The position numbers and the translations under genes are program-made. Shown here in pieces: positions 59,631-64,000 of a stretch of 64,000 nt of DNA. The notes beneath the pieces were generated by a model. The model ran no database searches. It saw nothing but the letters and a program-made list of their open reading frames with translations, and had not been told where the DNA came from. Source of the stretch: Macrostomum lignano (Eukaryota); the NCBI GenBank assembly GCA_002269645.1, contig NIVC01000099.1, positions 124,001-188,000 on the forward strand, in the 5' to 3' direction. The number at the start of each line of letters is the position of its first letter. The stretch's first letter is position 1.

Positions 59631-62600
59631 ATGTCTTCTGCAAACGAAACCAAGACCGTGAAGACGGTGAAGACCATCACCTCCACCAGCGGCGGTCAGG
59701 CCGGCACCACCAGCGGCGGCTCCGTCACCTCCCGCTCTGAGAGCAGCAGCGGTAGCTTCACAAAACGTGGCCCAATCACCGCGTCAAAGACCGTCGTTAT
59801 CAACAGGTCGCTGCCTGGCAGCTTGTCTGTGCAGACGAGGGACAGCGTTGACTCCGCCATGCGAGTGCAGCGAAGCTACACCGCCGCCTCTAGCGAGCTG
59901 CAGCAGACAACAGCCGGGCTTAACAACATGCTGACGGGACGGGAGAAGGAGAAGAAGGACATGCGGGAGCTGAACGAACGATTTGCCAGCTACATCGAGA
60001 AGGTAGGCAATAAGTGCTTTCCGTTCCGCATATCTCCAGCATGCACGTGCTCGCATGGACGGGGACTAATTTTTAAATCTGACATTTCTTATAGGTTCGC
60101 TTCTTGGAGGCCCAGAACCGCAAGCTGTCGGAGGAGCTCCAGAAGCTGCGCGACTCCTGGGGCAAGGAGACGGAGAAGGTGAGGTCCCTATACGAGACTG
60201 AGCTGGCCCAGCTGCGCAAGCTGCTGGAAGACGCGGATCAGTACAAGGCGACCATGGAGGTTCGCGTCACCACTCTTGAGGATCAGCTGAACGAGATGGA
60301 GCAGCTGTGAGTTCAAAAAGACTTTCAACCCTTTCTCAAGTATGGACATGTCAAGGTGTAGTCGATATTAGGGCTTATGTTAAAATAACGCTTACAGATA
60401 TACTCTATCAACTTTAGTACGAGTGCAGGATATATTCCATAAGGTATTCCACAAGGTAACCCATCGCACTTTCAGGCTGGAAGAGGCCAACCGCGTGCAC
60501 GCTAACGACCGGGACACCATCGACAAGCTCAACCAGCAGATGGCTGACTACGACGGCGAGATCTCGCTGTTGCGCAGGCGCGTCGCTTCATTCGACGACG
60601 AGCGGGCGCGCGACCAGGCCGAGATCAAGCGGCTGAGGCAGGATGTGGCCCGGCTCAGAGGCGTGAGTTTCATCGGGGTTGCCTGTGGCTTTGATTTGCA
60701 CGGGTGTGATCCTACTTTGCTGGAAGCTCAAATCAGTCGATACTAGAGAAGAATTATTTTATAAATGTTTATTTCGCTTGGTAGAGGTCTCTGCAAACAA
60801 AGCAGTATGATGTACCCTATGTAGCAATATGTATCTGCATTGGTGACTCTAGAAGGTTGGTTCTCTAGCACTGAACTACTGTAGCTTTCAAGCCCTAATA
60901 AAGCTTATGCGTGACGCATGATTCAGCACTTTGCCGCGGGGTGAAAAGCGCTTGCGACAGCGAATAAACACGTAGGCTAAGTAGCAACAATTGCCACCCA
61001 TTGTCCAACTCTATTTGGGGGCTACTAGATGCTTCTTGCCAAGTCACGTCCCCTAAGACTGCGGCGGCGCCAACAAGAGCGGGTGCCTGAGGCCCTGGCT
61101 GGAGCATGGCAATCGCTTTATACTCGTGCGGCAGAGAACATCAATAGAATGAAAGCCAGCTTGCAACTCAAACAGTCCCAACAAAAATATGGCGCCAGGG
61201 GCAATATTCTCCATCTCAGCCAGCGACTCAGGCAGCCGTAAATAACAAAGCACTTGATGAAAAATGCAAATTTGTGTTGAATTGAATAGCAGCAGTGGAA
61301 GAAAAAGCGAGAGAACGCAACTGCGCCGTCTAGCGCTCATGACTAGGCTGGGTGGGGCTACCTTCTCACAATTAAAAATGCAGCTTCAGTCTATTGTAAG
61401 TCCCCTACTGGATATAATGAAATTTGGAAAGAATAGGAACTTTATTGTCCAGCTCTAACCCACGATGACCCCCTCAAGACATCGCATATCCATACTACCT
61501 TGGGACATGAGGCAATTGTTGCACCCTGCCCGTATTTTTCATTCTCCAAACAGCAGACAAACACAACCCCAGAACTGCAAAATAGGGCGTTGACCGCTTA
61601 TTCAGGTCATGGAGCCGAGCGAAAGAAGTTTCTTAGTGGACAAATTTGGTGATGCCTTGGCGCTTGGTCAATGACAGTCTGGTCTGGGTGCTTTGAATTT
61701 GTAGCGCATGTGTGTTGGGTATCGTAAGGCACAATAAAAAACGTGTTCGCTGAGTCATGCAGAACTGAGTTATTGTCAGTATCTTCTACAGTAAGTGAGT
61801 GCGCTTCATTCAAACAAGGTTTTTGGAGTTCGAACCAATATTATGTTAGGACAAAATATGACTTCGTTAAATAGGATTGCTAAAGGCTTCATCTTCTTTC
61901 ACGTTTCTTCTTAACTTATAGATTTCATAACGAATGGCAAGATATTTACGTATAATTAGGAATTCTGCGCCCCCGTTCGCAGGACCTGGACACGGAGACG
62001 CTGAACCACATCAACGCCGAGAATTCTGCCCAGTCACTGCGCGAGGAGCTTGAATTCCTTCGTGCTCTGCATGATTCTGTAAGTGAACTGTGTACTTTGT
62101 TACCAGACGGCTAGTAGGTTGAATCGGACATATAATTTAAATTTCATTTCTGCAGGAGCTCAAAGAACTTTCAGCCCTGGCCTACCGCGACACAACCTCG
62201 GAAAACCGCGAGTTCTGGAAGAACGAAATGGCCCAGGCTCTGCACGAAATCCAGCGCGAATACGATTCTAAGCTGGACGTTGTCCGAAGCGAGATGGAGT
62301 CTCAGTACAGCATCAAGGTGCAGGAGGCTCGCACGAGCAACACGCGTGACAACATGGAGCTAACCCACCTCAAGGAGGAGAACCGGCGCATCAAGTCCCA
62401 GGTGCGTACGGCGGCGTCGCTCCGTTTAATACAGTAATGCTAAAATGCCCGAGAATCGTACGCTTTTCCTCTGAAATTTTCCATTCGATCAGATCGGAGA
62501 CGCTCGCAACCGGATCCCGGAGCTGGAGGCGCGCAACGCACAGCTGGAGCGCGAAATCGAAGATCTGCGCCGCGAGCTGGAGGAGACGATGCGCTCAAGC

Positions 62601-63015
62601 GAGCTGGAGAAGAACCAGCTGCAGGCCGACCTGTCCAGCTGCAACGCCACCTTGGCTGAGTACCTGCGCGAGCTGCAGACCCTGATGGACGCCAAGCTTA
62701 GCTTGGAGCTCGAGATCCACGCCTACAGAAAGCTGCTCGAGGGAGAGGAGATCAGGTAGGGGCCAGAAACTCTGATTAATAACTTTCCGAACAAATTACG
62801 AGTATTCAACTGGTCGTCAAAAGTCATCCAGAGTTTTGTCTTGCCAGTAAAAAATCGAGAGGAGATCCCATTCGTCTAATGTGCCAACATGTTATTCAGC
62901 CCAATACCCTCAACCGCTGCAGGATCAACCAGACCAGCATCAGCAGCCGCGAGGGATCCTCTTCAAGGACCACCACCGTCATCGAGCAGCAGACCTCCTC
63001 CAGTTCTGAGATGTC

Positions 63016-63046
<31 letters not shown>

Positions 63047-63789
63047 ATTTCTCAGCAGCAAGGTTGGCACATCCATTAATGTGCAAATATTTATGCAGCA
63101 GAAATTGTATTAAATAACTAAAACAAATTGTACATTCGATATCTCCCTACAACTCCCCTTCCAGCTCGTCAGCAGGGTAAGCTCACTTCTCAACCTTACT
63201 CGATACGCCATGGCTCTATTCCTTAAAAACTCAACTGCCCACCCCTCCGATTGTAGTGAGCATCATGAAGGGCTCGATGACCGCCAAGACTTCGGCCCAG
63301 CGCACCTCGAAGGGCAGCATCACCATCCAGGAATGCGATAGCGAGGGCAAGTTCGTAACTCTGGAGTTCACCGGCAAGAAGGTTCGTCTATTGACTAATA
63401 TTCTCTAGGTGTAACTCTGACTTGAAATTTCCCTAAAATAGCACCTCATCTGGTCTCTTACAGAAGGAGGATCTGAGCGACTGGACCCTGGTGCGAAACG
63501 TCGACAACGAGAAGCTCATCGTGAAATACACCTTCCCGAAGGACACCGTCATGGATAGCGGAAACAAGACCATTAAGGTAAACCTACCGGGAAAAGCTTC
63601 ATGAAGCTAGCAAAGGTGGACACAAACTACTAGCAGTAGTCGTGACATGTGAACGTCTCTACTCTGAATTTTCCGCAGATCTGGGCCAAGGGCCAAAGGC
63701 CTGCCGACAGCAAAGATCTGGAGATGAACGACCAGAGCTGGGGCATGGGCTCCCACATCGTCACGCTGCTGTCCAACGCTGATGGAGAG
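59631..63789 (+). CDS. Cytoplasmic intermediate filament protein with lamin tail domain (3'-partial)
   Basis: Exons 59631-60002, 60095-60306, 60476-60662, 61983-62078, 62156-62401, 62493-62755, 62923-63062, 63165-63176, 63257-63381, 63464-63577, 63679-63789. LNERFASYIEKVRFLE, long coil 1b, KLSLELEIHAYRKLLEGEE, then a lamin-tail-like domain (GSITIQEC...GKFV, IWAKG, SWGMG); no NLS recognised. Confidence 0.92.
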
Positions 63790-63829
63790 GTAAACTGCGA
63801 AAACTCATGTCGGTCGCAATGCATACCCC

Positions 63830-64000
63830 TCTCTGCGTCAGTCTCTCCCACAACCTCTCTCTGCGTCAGTCTCTCCCACAACCTCTCTCTGCGTCAGTCT
63901 CTCCCACAACCTCTGCGTCAGTCTCTCCCACAACCTCTGCGTCAGTCTCTCCCACAACCTCTCTCTGCGTCAGTCTCTCCCACAACCTCTCTCTGCGTCA
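63830..64000. repeat. Intronic minisatellite CTGCGTCAGTCTCTCCCACAACCT(CT)n
   Basis: Runs off the window end. Confidence 0.9.

Noticed and set aside
60895-61813. Short ORFs in intron 3 of the filament gene
   Set aside because: No motifs, typical intronic composition, no supporting splice structure.

Overview
Animal genomic DNA, not prokaryotic. It has GC-rich spliced exons, introns filled with locus-specific minisatellites, interstitial TTAGGG-type repeats and a protostome-type intermediate filament gene; this style suggests a Macrostomum-like flatworm (inference). Hand-assembled, phase-checked gene models: (+) a neprilysin/M13-like protein that has lost all three zinc ligands (5'-partial, to 9028); (+) an 83-aa neuropeptide-precursor-like gene missed by the ORF track (12209-14265); six co-oriented minus-strand genes (EMC4, DUSP22-like, WDR74, NOP14, NEK8-like, a Gln-rich orphan; 39108 to 14967); (+) a cytoplasmic intermediate filament gene with a lamin tail (59631 to the window end). 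Between EMC4 and the filament gene lie three unusual blocks: an AT-rich stretch with one CpG in about 3.4 kb; an LTR-type element whose primer-binding site is a 55-nt copy of mature tRNA-Glu(CTC) including CCA; and a 10.4-kb Mutator-like transposon (8-bp TSD) interrupted by a dead LOA/R1-like LINE. No CRISPR, rRNA or intact tRNA gene was found. All alignments and counts were done by eye; family assignments come from recalled motifs, not database searches.
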